A stretch of 64,000 nucleotides of DNA from Patescibacteria group bacterium (GCA_020148045.1 JAHCRG010000003.1:34087-98086), one strand, 5' to 3'; positions 18,897 to 28,792 are shown, counted from the stretch's first letter. Numbers and translations: made by a program. The notes: generated by a model from the letters alone, not told the origin.

Positions 18897-18952
18897 GATT
18901 ATATATTTATACATTAGCGAAACAAGGTTCTGACGGAGTCAGGTTCTTATTT
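18894..18952 (+). promoter_or_regulatory. conserved promoter/leader motif copy A (AAGAYTATATATTTATA…TTAGCGAAnCAAGGTTCTGA-hairpin-GGTTCTTATTTT)
   Basis: Near-identical to 52251..52323 upstream of nrdD. The hairpin sequences differ (CTGAC-gga-GTCAG vs GAAACGC-gaga-GCGTTTC) but both retain pairing. Confidence 0.5.
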
Positions 18953-18995
18953 TAGAAAGGTCGTAAAAATTAGCGATTAAGTTTTTAATACCACT

Positions 18996-19292
18996 ATGGG
19001 ACTTTTTGATAAAAAACAATCAATTTCAAGGAGCAGATTTAGGTCTGCTCTTAGAAAAACCACATTGCCAAAACCAAGAACCGGTGGCAGGAGATACGCC
19101 CGAGGAGAACGGATAGGTTTTGAAAAGGAATTATTTCACCGCAAATACGGACGGCAGATTTCTAAAAAAGAGTATGGAACTGTTCTTGAGAAAATGAGGA
19201 GAAGTAAAATTAGAGCAAAAGGTACGGCTGAAAAATTGGAGATTCAGAGAAAGGTTGATTTTTTAAAAAGATTAGGAGGGGTAAAGAAGTGA
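18996..19292 (+). CDS. hypothetical basic protein (98 aa)
   Basis: Lys/Arg-rich ORF, no recognisable motif; preceded by leader motif copy A. Confidence 0.3.
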   Translation: MGLFDKKQSISRSRFRSALRKTTLPKPRTGGRRYARGERIGFEKELFHRKYGRQISKKEYGTVLEKMRRSKIRAKGTAEKLEIQRKVDFLKRLGGVKK

Positions 19293-19314
19293 CCAATCTT
19301 ATATTATATTAGAA

Positions 19315-20040
19315 ATGGCGGTCCACTATAGAACTCAAGGTTTTGTATTAAAAAAAACTGATTTGCGGGAAGCAGACCAAGTTTTTTCTATTTATACTCA
19401 AGATTTTGGCAAGTTGGAGATTTTAGGAAAAGCAATCAGAAAGATAAAATCAAAGCTAAGGTTAGGAGCTGAACTTTTTTATTTATCAGAAACTGAATTT
19501 ATTCAAGGAAAAACCTATAAAACCTTAACTGATGCAATAGTAATTGATAAGTTTAAAAATATAAGGAGTGATTTGGAAAGATTAAAGATTGCCTATCAAA
19601 TTGCTGAAACCGCAGATAATTTAATCAGTGGTCAAGAAAAAGACGAAAAGATTTGGAATTTATTAAATGAAGTATTTGATAAGTTGGAGAACTATGAATT
19701 AAGAATTAAGAATTATGGATTGATTTATTTGTATTTTATTTGGAACTTGCTTTCAATTTTGGGGTATCAGATTGACCTTTATAATTGCGCTGTTTGTCAG
19801 AAAAAATTAGTTCCTCAAAAACTTTACTTTAACCCGGAAGAAGGAGGGACAATTGATTTGGAATGTTTTAAAAAGATAGAAAAAGGAGAGGAGGTTTCTC
19901 CAGAGTTAGTGAAGATATTACGGCTTTTACTAAAAAAGGATTGGAACATTTTATCAAGATTAAAAATTCAAGATTTACATAAAAAAGAATTAGAAAATAT
20001 TTCTGAAAATTATATTTCTTTTTACAAACAAGGAGCTTAG
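19315..20040 (+). CDS. recO: DNA repair protein RecO
   Basis: N-terminal OB fold (YRTQGFVLKKTDLREADQVFSIYTQDFGKLEI) and C-terminal zinc motif CAVCQKK…C. Confidence 0.75.
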   Translation: MAVHYRTQGFVLKKTDLREADQVFSIYTQDFGKLEILGKAIRKIKSKLRLGAELFYLSETEFIQGKTYKTLTDAIVIDKFKNIRSDLERLKIAYQIAETADNLISGQEKDEKIWNLLNEVFDKLENYELRIKNYGLIYLYFIWNLLSILGYQIDLYNCAVCQKKLVPQKLYFNPEEGGTIDLECFKKIEKGEEVSPELVKILRLLLKKDWNILSRLKIQDLHKKELENISENYISFYKQGA

Positions 20041-20071
20041 TTTCTTAAGGGAATAATGATATAATAAAAAT

Positions 20072-20887
20072 ATGAAGCAGAGATCATTCACTCTAATTGA
20101 AGTTTTAGTAGTTGTTGCTATAATAGGTTTTTTAGCCAGTATTACTTTAGTATCTATAAAAGAAGCAAGAGAAAGGGCCAGAGTTGCTGTAGGTCTTAAT
20201 TTTGCTGCCCAAGTCCATCACGCTCTCGGTGCTTATGCAGTAGGTATTTGGGATTTTAATGAAGGCAGCGACGGAACCGCAAAAGACACCAGCGGCAATG
20301 GAAATGATGGAACAATTGTTGGTGCCAGCTGGACCGGAGATACCCCAAGCGGAAAAGGTTATGCTTTGGAGTTTAATGGAAGCACTGATTATGTTAATTG
20401 CGGGAATGACCCTTCTATTGATATTACACACCCAATTACAATCAGTGCTTGGGTTTATCCAAAAGGATTCGGTGCTTATAACACAATCGTTGGAAAAAGA
20501 GATAATAGCGCTGCCACTAACTATGCATTGAGAATAAATAATAACACTGTTTTGTCTTACTATTTTGGAAATGGTAGTTGGAGAGTATATACAGCAAGCT
20601 ATACTTTTTCCCAAGATACTTGGTATCATGTTGGAGTAACAGTAAACTCCAGTGGCAATATTATATTCTATGTGAATGGGAAGGATATCGGCTCGTCTTC
20701 AACTTCATACACGCCTGTTCCAGCAAGCAACCCTCTGGGGGTTGGTAGTTACCGTGGTGATGCAGCAGCCGAGGCATTCAACGGCACAATCGACGAAGTC
20801 GGAATTTACGAAGAAGCCCTATCTTCAGCCCAGATTAAAAAACTCTATGTAGAGGGGCTGGAAAGGCATAAATTAGCTGAGAAATAA
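20072..20887 (+). CDS. type IV pilin-like protein (prepilin N-terminal methylation motif) fused to a LamG/concanavalin-like domain
   Basis: MKQRSFTLIEVLVVVAIIGFLA class III signal. Gly/Thr-rich jelly-roll-like domain with elevated GC. Confidence 0.6.
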   Translation: MKQRSFTLIEVLVVVAIIGFLASITLVSIKEARERARVAVGLNFAAQVHHALGAYAVGIWDFNEGSDGTAKDTSGNGNDGTIVGASWTGDTPSGKGYALEFNGSTDYVNCGNDPSIDITHPITISAWVYPKGFGAYNTIVGKRDNSAATNYALRINNNTVLSYYFGNGSWRVYTASYTFSQDTWYHVGVTVNSSGNIIFYVNGKDIGSSSTSYTPVPASNPLGVGSYRGDAAAEAFNGTIDEVGIYEEALSSAQIKKLYVEGLERHKLAEK

Positions 20888-20937
20888 AAAAACAGAGAAC
20901 GGGTCCCTGTTAAAGGTCTCTGTTAAACCCTTGGGTT

Positions 20938-22620
20938 ATGAAGAAATTTATTTTTATTATTATTATTTTATGTATAGCGCTGGGGGCAGCTGGGTTTTGG
21001 TATTGGCAGAGAAATCCTTACTCAAAAGAAATTTTGAAATTAGAAATTTTAGGTCCTGGAGAGGCAGCAATTTTTCAGGAAGTTGAATACACAGTGAAGT
21101 ATAAAAATAATGGCAATGTTAGATTGGAAGAGCCCCGTCTTATTTTTGAGTTCCCAGAATATACTTTACTGGAGGAGGGTCTTTCAAGAAGGCAAGAAAT
21201 AGGACCCGAAGAATTGGGAGATATCTATCCTGGTGAAGAAAAAACCCTCCAGTTTAAAGGCCGGCTTTTTGGAAAAGAGGGCGATATAAAAACAGCTAAG
21301 GCCTGGTTGAGTTACCGTCCTAAAAATCTTCAAGCTCGTTATGAATCAACCACCACTTTTACCACTGAGATTAAATTTGTGCCTTTGACTTTTGATTTTG
21401 ACCTTTCTTCAAAAATAGAGGCAGGCAGAGATTTCAAATTTTCTTTGAATTACTATTCCAGTTTAGACTACCCGCTCTCTAATTTAGGGATAAAGATTGA
21501 ATATCCTTCAGGCTTTGAATTTTTAGAAAGCGATCCTCAAGGATTGGCAAAAACCGAATGGGAACTTTCTCTTTTAAATCAAGCCGAAGGAGGAAGGGTT
21601 GAGATTACAGGAAGGTTGTCAGGGGAAGTTAAAGAACAGAAAATTTTTAAAGCTACTCTTGGAATTTGGCAAGAAGACGAGTTTGTTTTATTGAAAGAAA
21701 TAACAAGGGGCGTAGAAATTACCAGACCCCGCCTTTTCGTTTTTCAGCGAATAAATGGCCAAAGCCAATATATTGCTAATCACGGAGGTTTACTTCATTA
21801 CGAAATTTTCTTCAGAAATATTGGAGAAGAGCCTTTTACAGATTTATTTTTGGTAGCAACCCTTGGGGGCAGAGGTTTTGATCTCGAAACAGTAAAAGCT
21901 GATTCGAGTCAATTTAAAAAAGGTGATAACTCCATAATTTGGGATTGGAGAGATGTTCCTAAGCTCCGATTTTTAGGACAGGGAGAAGAAGGAAAGGTTG
22001 AATTCTGGATAAACCTAAAAGATGAGTGGGAAATTAGCAGCCCCCAAGAGAAAAATGCTATTTTAAAAAATACGGTTTTAATTTCTCAAATAAAGGAAGA
22101 ATTTGAAACAAAAATAAATTCAAAATTAGCCATTTCCCAAAGAGGTTATTATCAAGAAGAGGTCTTTGGCAATTCAGGACCCATCCCTCCAGAAGTTGGC
22201 GAAGCCACTACTTATACGATAATCTGGCAGGCAAAGAATTATTTTAATGATGTTAAAAATGTAAAAGTGAAAGCAGTTTTGCCTTCAAATGTTAGATTAA
22301 CTGGTAAAATTTTCCCCGAACAAGAATCCTCAAAATTTGCCTTTGATATTCAGAGTCGAGAGATTATCTGGATGGTCAGAGATAATCAGGTGATGGAGAC
22401 GGGGACAGGAGTTTTAAATCCAGCCCCGAATATTGCCTTTCAGGTTGCTTTAACTCCAACTTCCGGCCAAAAAGGTAAAGTTTCGCCAATTATTAAAGAG
22501 GCGATGATTACAGGTGAAGACCAATGGACAGAATCGTTTATTGAAGGAACTGATTCCGGAATAGATACTACTCTGCCAGATGATTCAACTGTTTCTTCTG
22601 GCCAGGGAATTGTCCAGTAA
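20938..22620 (+). CDS. large secreted/membrane-anchored hypothetical protein
   Basis: N-terminal TM anchor and internally repetitive beta-rich sequence; adjacent to the pilin-like gene. Confidence 0.3.
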   Translation: MKKFIFIIIILCIALGAAGFWYWQRNPYSKEILKLEILGPGEAAIFQEVEYTVKYKNNGNVRLEEPRLIFEFPEYTLLEEGLSRRQEIGPEELGDIYPGEEKTLQFKGRLFGKEGDIKTAKAWLSYRPKNLQARYESTTTFTTEIKFVPLTFDFDLSSKIEAGRDFKFSLNYYSSLDYPLSNLGIKIEYPSGFEFLESDPQGLAKTEWELSLLNQAEGGRVEITGRLSGEVKEQKIFKATLGIWQEDEFVLLKEITRGVEITRPRLFVFQRINGQSQYIANHGGLLHYEIFFRNIGEEPFTDLFLVATLGGRGFDLETVKADSSQFKKGDNSIIWDWRDVPKLRFLGQGEEGKVEFWINLKDEWEISSPQEKNAILKNTVLISQIKEEFETKINSKLAISQRGYYQEEVFGNSGPIPPEVGEATTYTIIWQAKNYFNDVKNVKVKAVLPSNVRLTGKIFPEQESSKFAFDIQSREIIWMVRDNQVMETGTGVLNPAPNIAFQVALTPTSGQKGKVSPIIKEAMITGEDQWTESFIEGTDSGIDTTLPDDSTVSSGQGIVQ

Positions 22621-22627
22621 AGTTAAT

Positions 22628-22859
22628 ATTGACAAAAACATTATAAAAAGCTATCTTTTATAATATAGTATGGTTCTTTTCGCAAAAAAGGGTGATTGTG
22701 GCGCCGGTAAGCTACGCTTATTCATAAAGGTGTTGAGATTACAACTACGGTAATTCGCAAAAAAACCTTAACGCCCTTTCACTCTTTTTATAAACCATGC
22801 CCTGCATTTTCGCTTTCTGGCTCCCCCCACCGGAAGGTTGTAGAATGCAGGGTTTTTTT
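22628..22859 (+). promoter_or_regulatory. long glyQS 5' leader: promoter (TTGACA…) plus ~200-nt structured region ending in a strong intrinsic terminator
   Basis: TTGACA at 22628. Nested hairpin CCCTGCAT…(CUUUCUGG-CUCCCCCCA-CCGGAAGG)…ATGCAGGG followed by T7 at 22853-22859. The glyQS ATG is 39 nt downstream. Confidence 0.45.
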
Positions 22860-22897
22860 CTCTTGCCCTGTAATCTCTAACGGGGTAAAATATAATA

Positions 22898-24226
22898 ATG
22901 GCTGACTTAATGCAGAAAATTGTATCTTTTAGCAAAAGAAGAGGTTTTATTTTTCCTTCGTCTGAGATTTATGGGGGGTTTGGCTCTTGTTATGATTTTG
23001 GGCCTTTGGGAGTGGAGATGAAAAATAATATTAAGAGGGCTTGGTGGGATGAAATGCTCAAGAAGCACGACGATATTGTTGGCTTGGATGCGGCAATTTT
23101 AATGAGTCCAAAAGTTTGGAAAGCATCTGGTCACTTAACTGCTGGCTTTGCTGATGAATTAGTAGAGTGTAAGAGTTGTCACCATCGTTTTAGAAAAGAT
23201 TTTTTAAAGGGGAACAAATGCCCAGATTGCGGAGGTATCTTAACAAAGCCAAAAAAGTTTAATTTAATGATGAAAACCTTTGTGGGACCTGTTGAAGATA
23301 AGGCAGCGGCAACTTATTTGAGAGCTGAGACCTGTCAAGGGATTTACGTTAATTTTAAAAATGTTTTGCAAACAATGCGCTTGAAAATCCCTTTTGGAAT
23401 AGCCCAGATTGGTAAAGCATTTAGAAACGAGATTACTCCAAAAGATTTTATTTACAGAACTCGGGAATTTGAGCAAATGGAAATGCAGTGGTTTTGTCAT
23501 CCTAAAGAAACTTCAAGACTTTTTGATTATTGGAAAAAAGAGCGACTAAACTGGTATTTAAATTTAGGAATTAAAAAAGAGAATTTGAGAATAAAAGAGG
23601 TTTCTGAAAAAGAACTTCCTCATTACGCAAAGAGGGCTTTGGATATTGAATATAAATTTCCTTTTGGTTGGCAGGAAATTGAAGGAATTCATAATCGAGT
23701 GGATTGGGATTTATCTAATCACTCAAAACACAGCGGAGAGGATTTGAAATATTATGATGAGGAAACCAAGAAAAAATATTTCCCTCATATTATTGAAACC
23801 TCGGTTGGGGTAGATAGGTCTCTTTTTGCTTTTTTGTGTGATGCTTATCAGGAGGTAAGCGGCGGCAGGACAAAAACTACTAAAGCTGCAAAAGAGGTTG
23901 AGGTTTTGCTTCGCCTCCATAAATCTTTAGCTCCAATCAAAGTAGCAATTTTGCCATTGGTGAAAAATAAACCAAAATTGGTAAAGAAAGCAAAAGAAGT
24001 TTATCAGATATTAAAGCCCTATTTTATGTGTCAGTATGATGAGATTGGTTCAATTGGCAGAAGATACAGAAGGCAAGATGAAATAGGGACTATTTTTGCC
24101 CTGACCGTGGATTTTGAAAGCTTAGAGCAGGATGATGTAACTGTTAGAAACCGCGACACAATGAAGCAAAAAAGAGTAAAAATTAAAGATTTAGCAGAAG
24201 TTTTAAAAGAAAAACTAGGAAAATGA
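22898..24226 (+). CDS. glyQS: glycyl-tRNA synthetase (alpha2 type)
   Basis: RRGFIFPSSEIYGGFGSCYDFGPLG (class II motif 1 region), FRNEITP motif 2, and C-terminal anticodon-binding domain. Confidence 0.85.
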   Translation: MADLMQKIVSFSKRRGFIFPSSEIYGGFGSCYDFGPLGVEMKNNIKRAWWDEMLKKHDDIVGLDAAILMSPKVWKASGHLTAGFADELVECKSCHHRFRKDFLKGNKCPDCGGILTKPKKFNLMMKTFVGPVEDKAAATYLRAETCQGIYVNFKNVLQTMRLKIPFGIAQIGKAFRNEITPKDFIYRTREFEQMEMQWFCHPKETSRLFDYWKKERLNWYLNLGIKKENLRIKEVSEKELPHYAKRALDIEYKFPFGWQEIEGIHNRVDWDLSNHSKHSGEDLKYYDEETKKKYFPHIIETSVGVDRSLFAFLCDAYQEVSGGRTKTTKAAKEVEVLLRLHKSLAPIKVAILPLVKNKPKLVKKAKEVYQILKPYFMCQYDEIGSIGRRYRRQDEIGTIFALTVDFESLEQDDVTVRNRDTMKQKRVKIKDLAEVLKEKLGK

Positions 24227-24885
24227 AAGTTGCGGCTATTGTTCCGGCTTTAAATGAAGAGGCAAATATAGGGAATGTTTTGAAAGTGCTTTTAAAATCA
24301 AAAGATCTTGATGAAGTTATTTTAGTGGATGATGGGTCTGAAGATAGGACAGCTGAAATAGGTGAAGAGATGGGGGTTAAAGTGATAAAATTGCCTAAAA
24401 AAGGAGGCAGTGGTAAGGGGAATGCAATGAAAAAAGGAGTAGAAAGCACTGATGCTGATATAATAGCTTTTTTTGATGCTGATTTGATTGGTTTGACAAC
24501 AGAGCACGTTTCTTTAGTAGTCCGGCCTGTTTTAGAAAATAGGGCTGTAATGTGCGTTGGAGCAAGGCAACGTTACGGGGGTCTACCAAAGCTTTTTATT
24601 AAAATTGATCCTCTTTTAGCTGTTGGAGGAGAAAGAGCAATGAAGCGTTTTGTATTTGAGAGCATACCTGAAAGATTTATCCAGGGATTTGCTGTTGAAA
24701 CATCTTTGAATTATTACTGCCGGAAGAAAAAATTAAAAGTGCTTTATCCTGAATTAAAAGATTTAACCGTGGTAATAAAAGAGAAAAAATGGGGTTTGCT
24801 AAAAGGGTTTAAAAATAGAATGAAAATGTTTTGGCAACTTTTTAAAATTAGAGTTTTAATATTAACGAATAGAAAAGAGTTTTAA
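24223..24885 (+). CDS. family 2 glycosyltransferase (dolichyl-phosphate mannose / glucosyl-3-phosphoglycerate synthase-like)
   Basis: VPALNEEANI…LVDDGSEDRT…FDADL (GT-A DxD). Confidence 0.65.
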   Translation: MKVAAIVPALNEEANIGNVLKVLLKSKDLDEVILVDDGSEDRTAEIGEEMGVKVIKLPKKGGSGKGNAMKKGVESTDADIIAFFDADLIGLTTEHVSLVVRPVLENRAVMCVGARQRYGGLPKLFIKIDPLLAVGGERAMKRFVFESIPERFIQGFAVETSLNYYCRKKKLKVLYPELKDLTVVIKEKKWGLLKGFKNRMKMFWQLFKIRVLILTNRKEF

Positions 24886-24897
24886 CTAGGTGAATAA

Positions 24898-26163
24898 ATG
24901 TTTAAAAAAACTACTCTTAAAAATGGTTTAAGGATTATTACTGTTCCTCAAAAAAGCACTCAAGCAGTGACTGTTTTGGTATTGACTGGGACTGGTTCCA
25001 AATATGAGAAAAAGGAAATAAATGGTATTTCTCATTTTTTAGAACATATGCTCTTCAAGGGGACAAAAAAACGTCCCAATACCATAGCTATTGCTGAAAC
25101 TTTAGATAAGGTGGGCGGAATTTACAATGCTTTTACCGGTGAAGAATATACTGGCTATTTTGCAAAGCTTGATGTCAGCCACTTAGACTTAGCCTTAGAT
25201 TGGGTCTCTGATATTTTTTTAAACTCCAAATTGGATCCCTTAGAAATTAAAAGAGAAAAAGGGGTAATTCTTGAAGAAATTAATATGCTCTTTGATAACC
25301 CGATGTCTTATGCCCAAATTTTATGGAGAGAACTTTTATACGGAGACCAGCCTGCTGGCTGGAATATTGCCGGAACTAAAGAAACCGTGCTCGGTATTTC
25401 TCGCCAGAAATTGGCAGATTATCTGAGAACTCAATATGTTGCTCCAAATACTATTGTTTGCATAGCAGGGAAAATAAAAGATTCTCAGATAATAGAGAAA
25501 GTTAAAAAATATTTTTCCAAGATAAAAAGTGCCGGAGTTCTAAAAAAACCGAAAGTTATTGAAAGACAAACAGGACCGGAATGTCTTTTAAAAGAAAGAA
25601 AGACCGACCAAACTCACCTTTGCTTGGGAGTGAGAGTATATAATCTTTTTCATCCTTTGAGATACGCTCAAGAGATTTTGGGAATAATTTTAGGTGGAAT
25701 GATGAGCTCAAGATTATTTATTAGGGTAAGAGAAAGATTGGGCTTGGCTTATTATATAACCACTGAGGTTTCGGTTGACCCGGATACCGGATTTTTGGTT
25801 ACTCAGGCAGGTGTTGATAATGAAAATGTTGAGAAAGCTATCATAACTATCTTGAAAGAATACAAAAAAATTTCTCAGAAAAAAATCCCGGCTGCTGAAC
25901 TGAAAAAAGTAAAAGATTATATCAAAGGGAAAATGACCCTACAGTTGGAAGCTTCTGATGCTCAGGCATCTTTTTACGGAATACAGGAACTTCTGGAAAA
26001 TAAAATTTTAACCCAAAAAGAAATCTATGCTAAAATTAATAAAGTAAGTACTGATGATATCTTGAAACTTAGCAAAGATATTTTTCAGCCCCAAAAATTA
26101 AATTTAGCCCTGATAGGACCGTTTAAAAATAAAAAGAGGTTCGAAAAACTATTAAAGATTTAA
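24898..26163 (+). CDS. M16 family zinc peptidase (insulinase-like)
   Basis: HFLEHMLFKGT inverted zinc motif HxxEH. Confidence 0.8.
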   Translation: MFKKTTLKNGLRIITVPQKSTQAVTVLVLTGTGSKYEKKEINGISHFLEHMLFKGTKKRPNTIAIAETLDKVGGIYNAFTGEEYTGYFAKLDVSHLDLALDWVSDIFLNSKLDPLEIKREKGVILEEINMLFDNPMSYAQILWRELLYGDQPAGWNIAGTKETVLGISRQKLADYLRTQYVAPNTIVCIAGKIKDSQIIEKVKKYFSKIKSAGVLKKPKVIERQTGPECLLKERKTDQTHLCLGVRVYNLFHPLRYAQEILGIILGGMMSSRLFIRVRERLGLAYYITTEVSVDPDTGFLVTQAGVDNENVEKAIITILKEYKKISQKKIPAAELKKVKDYIKGKMTLQLEASDAQASFYGIQELLENKILTQKEIYAKINKVSTDDILKLSKDIFQPQKLNLALIGPFKNKKRFEKLLKI

Positions 26164-26164
26164 T

Positions 26165-27196
26165 ATGGATCAGACAGAAAAAATTTTAGACATCTCTTGG
26201 AGAACAATTCTGAAAATTTCTATTGCTGCTGTTTGCTTTTACGTCCTTTATTCAGTTAAAGATATTCTGATTTGGTTTATTTTTGCTTTGACAATTTCAG
26301 TTTTGTTTAATCCAGCCATTAATTTTTTACAGAAAAGAAAAATCCCCCGTATTCTTGGGGTCGTGCTTGTTTATGTTGGCTTCTTTGGGCTCTTAAGTCT
26401 TTTAGTTTATTTAGTAACCCCTTTATTTGCTTCTGAAATTCAAGGGTTTTTGCAATCTTTCCCCCAGTATTTTGAAAAAATTTCTCCTCTCCTAAAAGGG
26501 CTTGGCTTTCAGGCATTTGAAAATATTGAGAGTTTTCTAAAAGCTCTGGGAGGTACTTTGGAAGGAATGGCAGATAATATTTTTAGTGTTTTATTTACTA
26601 TTTTTGGTGGAGTTTTCACAACTTTATTTGTTATTATTACGGCAATTTTTCTTTCTTTGGAAGAAAAAACGATTGAGAAGGCTTTAATTCTTCTTTTCCC
26701 CAAAAAATATGAAGTGCAGGTTTTAGATGTTTGGACAAGATGCCAAAAAAAAGTTTCAGGTTGGTTTGGGGCAAGGATATTAGCTTGTTTATTTGTTGGA
26801 GTTGTTTCTTATGTTGCTTTTTTACTTTTTAATGTAAAATATCCTTTCACTTTAGCATTGTTCGCCGGTGTCTTTAATTTTATTCCTTATGTGGGGCCTC
26901 TTTTAACCGGTATTATCCTCTTTTTGATTATTTTCCCAACGGAGGCGTTTAAAGCTATTTTTGTTCTAGTTGCTTTTGCCCTCATTCAGCAGATTGAAAA
27001 TAGTATTTTGTCTCCGATATTGATGAAAAAATTTGTTGGGCTTCCTCCTGCCTTAGTTTTAATTTCTTTAGTTGTTGGAGGAAAACTTTGGGGATTATTG
27101 GGAGCAATTTTAGCTGTTCCTTTGTCTGGAATATTATTTGAATTCCTCCGCGAATTCCTCCAAAAAAGAAAAGACAAAAAAGCCGAAGTGGTTTAG
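26165..27196 (+). CDS. AI-2E family transporter (PerM/UPF0118)
   Basis: 8-TM topology and characteristic N-terminal region. Confidence 0.6.
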   Translation: MDQTEKILDISWRTILKISIAAVCFYVLYSVKDILIWFIFALTISVLFNPAINFLQKRKIPRILGVVLVYVGFFGLLSLLVYLVTPLFASEIQGFLQSFPQYFEKISPLLKGLGFQAFENIESFLKALGGTLEGMADNIFSVLFTIFGGVFTTLFVIITAIFLSLEEKTIEKALILLFPKKYEVQVLDVWTRCQKKVSGWFGARILACLFVGVVSYVAFLLFNVKYPFTLALFAGVFNFIPYVGPLLTGIILFLIIFPTEAFKAIFVLVAFALIQQIENSILSPILMKKFVGLPPALVLISLVVGGKLWGLLGAILAVPLSGILFEFLREFLQKRKDKKAEVV

Positions 27197-27268
27197 ATAA
27201 AAACTTAAAATTATGCTAAAATAAAAGGAGGTTAAACCCTCCTTTTAAGATTATAGAATGTCTTATAT

Positions 27269-28714
27269 ATGAAAAAGTTTTATATTCCAACCAGTATTCC
27301 TTATACCAATGCCCCGCCTCATATAGGATTTGCCCTGGAGGCGGTTCAGGCAGATGTTTTGGCGCGCTATCACCGCATTTTAGGCGAGGATGTTTTTTTC
27401 TTAACTGGAACAGATGAGCACGGCTTAAAAATTAAAAAAGCAGCACAAGAAGCTGGCAAAGATCCAAAAGAATTTACTGATGAGATTTCAGCAGAATTCA
27501 AAAAATTAGAAAAAACGTTAAACCTTTCTAACGATGATTTTATTCGGACTACTGATGAAAAAAGGCATTGGCCAACAGTAAAAAAAATTTGGTTAAAATT
27601 AAAAGAAAACGGCGATATTTACAAAAAAAAGTATAAAGGTTTTTATTGTTCTGGTTGTGAGGCATTTATTACAGAAAAAGATTTAGTGGATGGTAAATGT
27701 CCAAATCATCAGATAGAGCCAGAATTAGTTGAAGAAGAAAACTATTTCTTTCGTCTTTCTAAATATTTGAATCAGATTGAAAAATCAATAAAAAAAGATG
27801 AATTGAAAATTATTCCCGAAACCAGAAAGAATGAAGTTTTAGGTTATATTAAAACAGGTTTTGGGGATATTAGTTTTTCCAGAGCAAAAGAAAAATATTG
27901 GGGATTCCCAGTCCCAGATGATGATACCCAAATAATCTATGTTTGGGGAGATGCGCTCCCGAATTATATTTCAGCCTTAGGTTTCGCAGAGAATGGTGAC
28001 AAATTCAAGAAATACTGGCCAGCTGATGTACATTGTATCGGAAAAGATATATTAAAATTCCATGCTTTAATTTGGCCAGGTATGCTTTTATCTTTAGGAT
28101 TGTCATTGCCAAAGAAGATATTTGTTCATGGGTTTATTACTGTGGGGGGACAGAAGATGTCAAAATCTTTGGGGAACGTGATCGATCCTTTTGAGCTTGT
28201 TGAGAAATATGGAATAGATGCTGTTAGATATTATCTCTTGCGGGAAATTCCTCCAACCGAGGACGGCGACTTTACTTATGAAAAATTTGAGCAAAGATAT
28301 AATTCTGATTTAGCATCTGGAATCGGAAACTTGCTTGCCAGAGTTAGAGTAATGGCAGAAGGGGTAAGTTTTAAAGAAGATAATCTTAAAATCGTAGAGC
28401 CCAAAATAAAAGAAACCCGGGGAAATTATAAAAAAGCATTAGAAGAATTTAAATTCAATGAAGCATTGAGAGCAATTTGGGATTTGATTAGTTTTTGTGA
28501 CAAATATATTGAAAAGGAAAGGCCTTGGGAGAAAAAAGAAAATTCTCCTCAAGTTTTAGGTAATTTATTAGTTATTTTGAATAATATAGCTGAATTACTT
28601 CAGCCGTTTTTACCAGAGACCTCAGAGAGAATTACTAAGGGAATAGAGAGAGATGAAAAATCTGGAAAATTTAAAAACAAAAGAGGCAAACTGTTATTTC
28701 CAAGACTTGACTAA
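27269..28714 (+). CDS. metG: methionyl-tRNA synthetase (short form)
   Basis: PYTNAPPHIGFA (HIGH), KMSKSLGN, zinc knuckle CSGCEAF…C. Confidence 0.9.
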   Translation: MKKFYIPTSIPYTNAPPHIGFALEAVQADVLARYHRILGEDVFFLTGTDEHGLKIKKAAQEAGKDPKEFTDEISAEFKKLEKTLNLSNDDFIRTTDEKRHWPTVKKIWLKLKENGDIYKKKYKGFYCSGCEAFITEKDLVDGKCPNHQIEPELVEEENYFFRLSKYLNQIEKSIKKDELKIIPETRKNEVLGYIKTGFGDISFSRAKEKYWGFPVPDDDTQIIYVWGDALPNYISALGFAENGDKFKKYWPADVHCIGKDILKFHALIWPGMLLSLGLSLPKKIFVHGFITVGGQKMSKSLGNVIDPFELVEKYGIDAVRYYLLREIPPTEDGDFTYEKFEQRYNSDLASGIGNLLARVRVMAEGVSFKEDNLKIVEPKIKETRGNYKKALEEFKFNEALRAIWDLISFCDKYIEKERPWEKKENSPQVLGNLLVILNNIAELLQPFLPETSERITKGIERDEKSGKFKNKRGKLLFPRLD

Positions 28715-28792
28715 TATTTTTGCTTGTTTAAAATTAAAATTAGCGTGCTTAATAATTAAATAAAGAAAGCTAAAAATGAAAGGAGGTCTTTT

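Noticed and set aside
18894-18952. Canonical NrdR boxes
   Set aside because: AT-rich TATATATTTATA is present, but there is no tandem pair of 16-bp palindromes with the usual spacing. Left as an unassigned regulatory motif.
22628-22897. T-box riboswitch upstream of glyQS
   Set aside because: No AGGGUGGNACCGCG T-box sequence precedes the terminator and no clear specifier loop is present. Kept only as a generic attenuator candidate.
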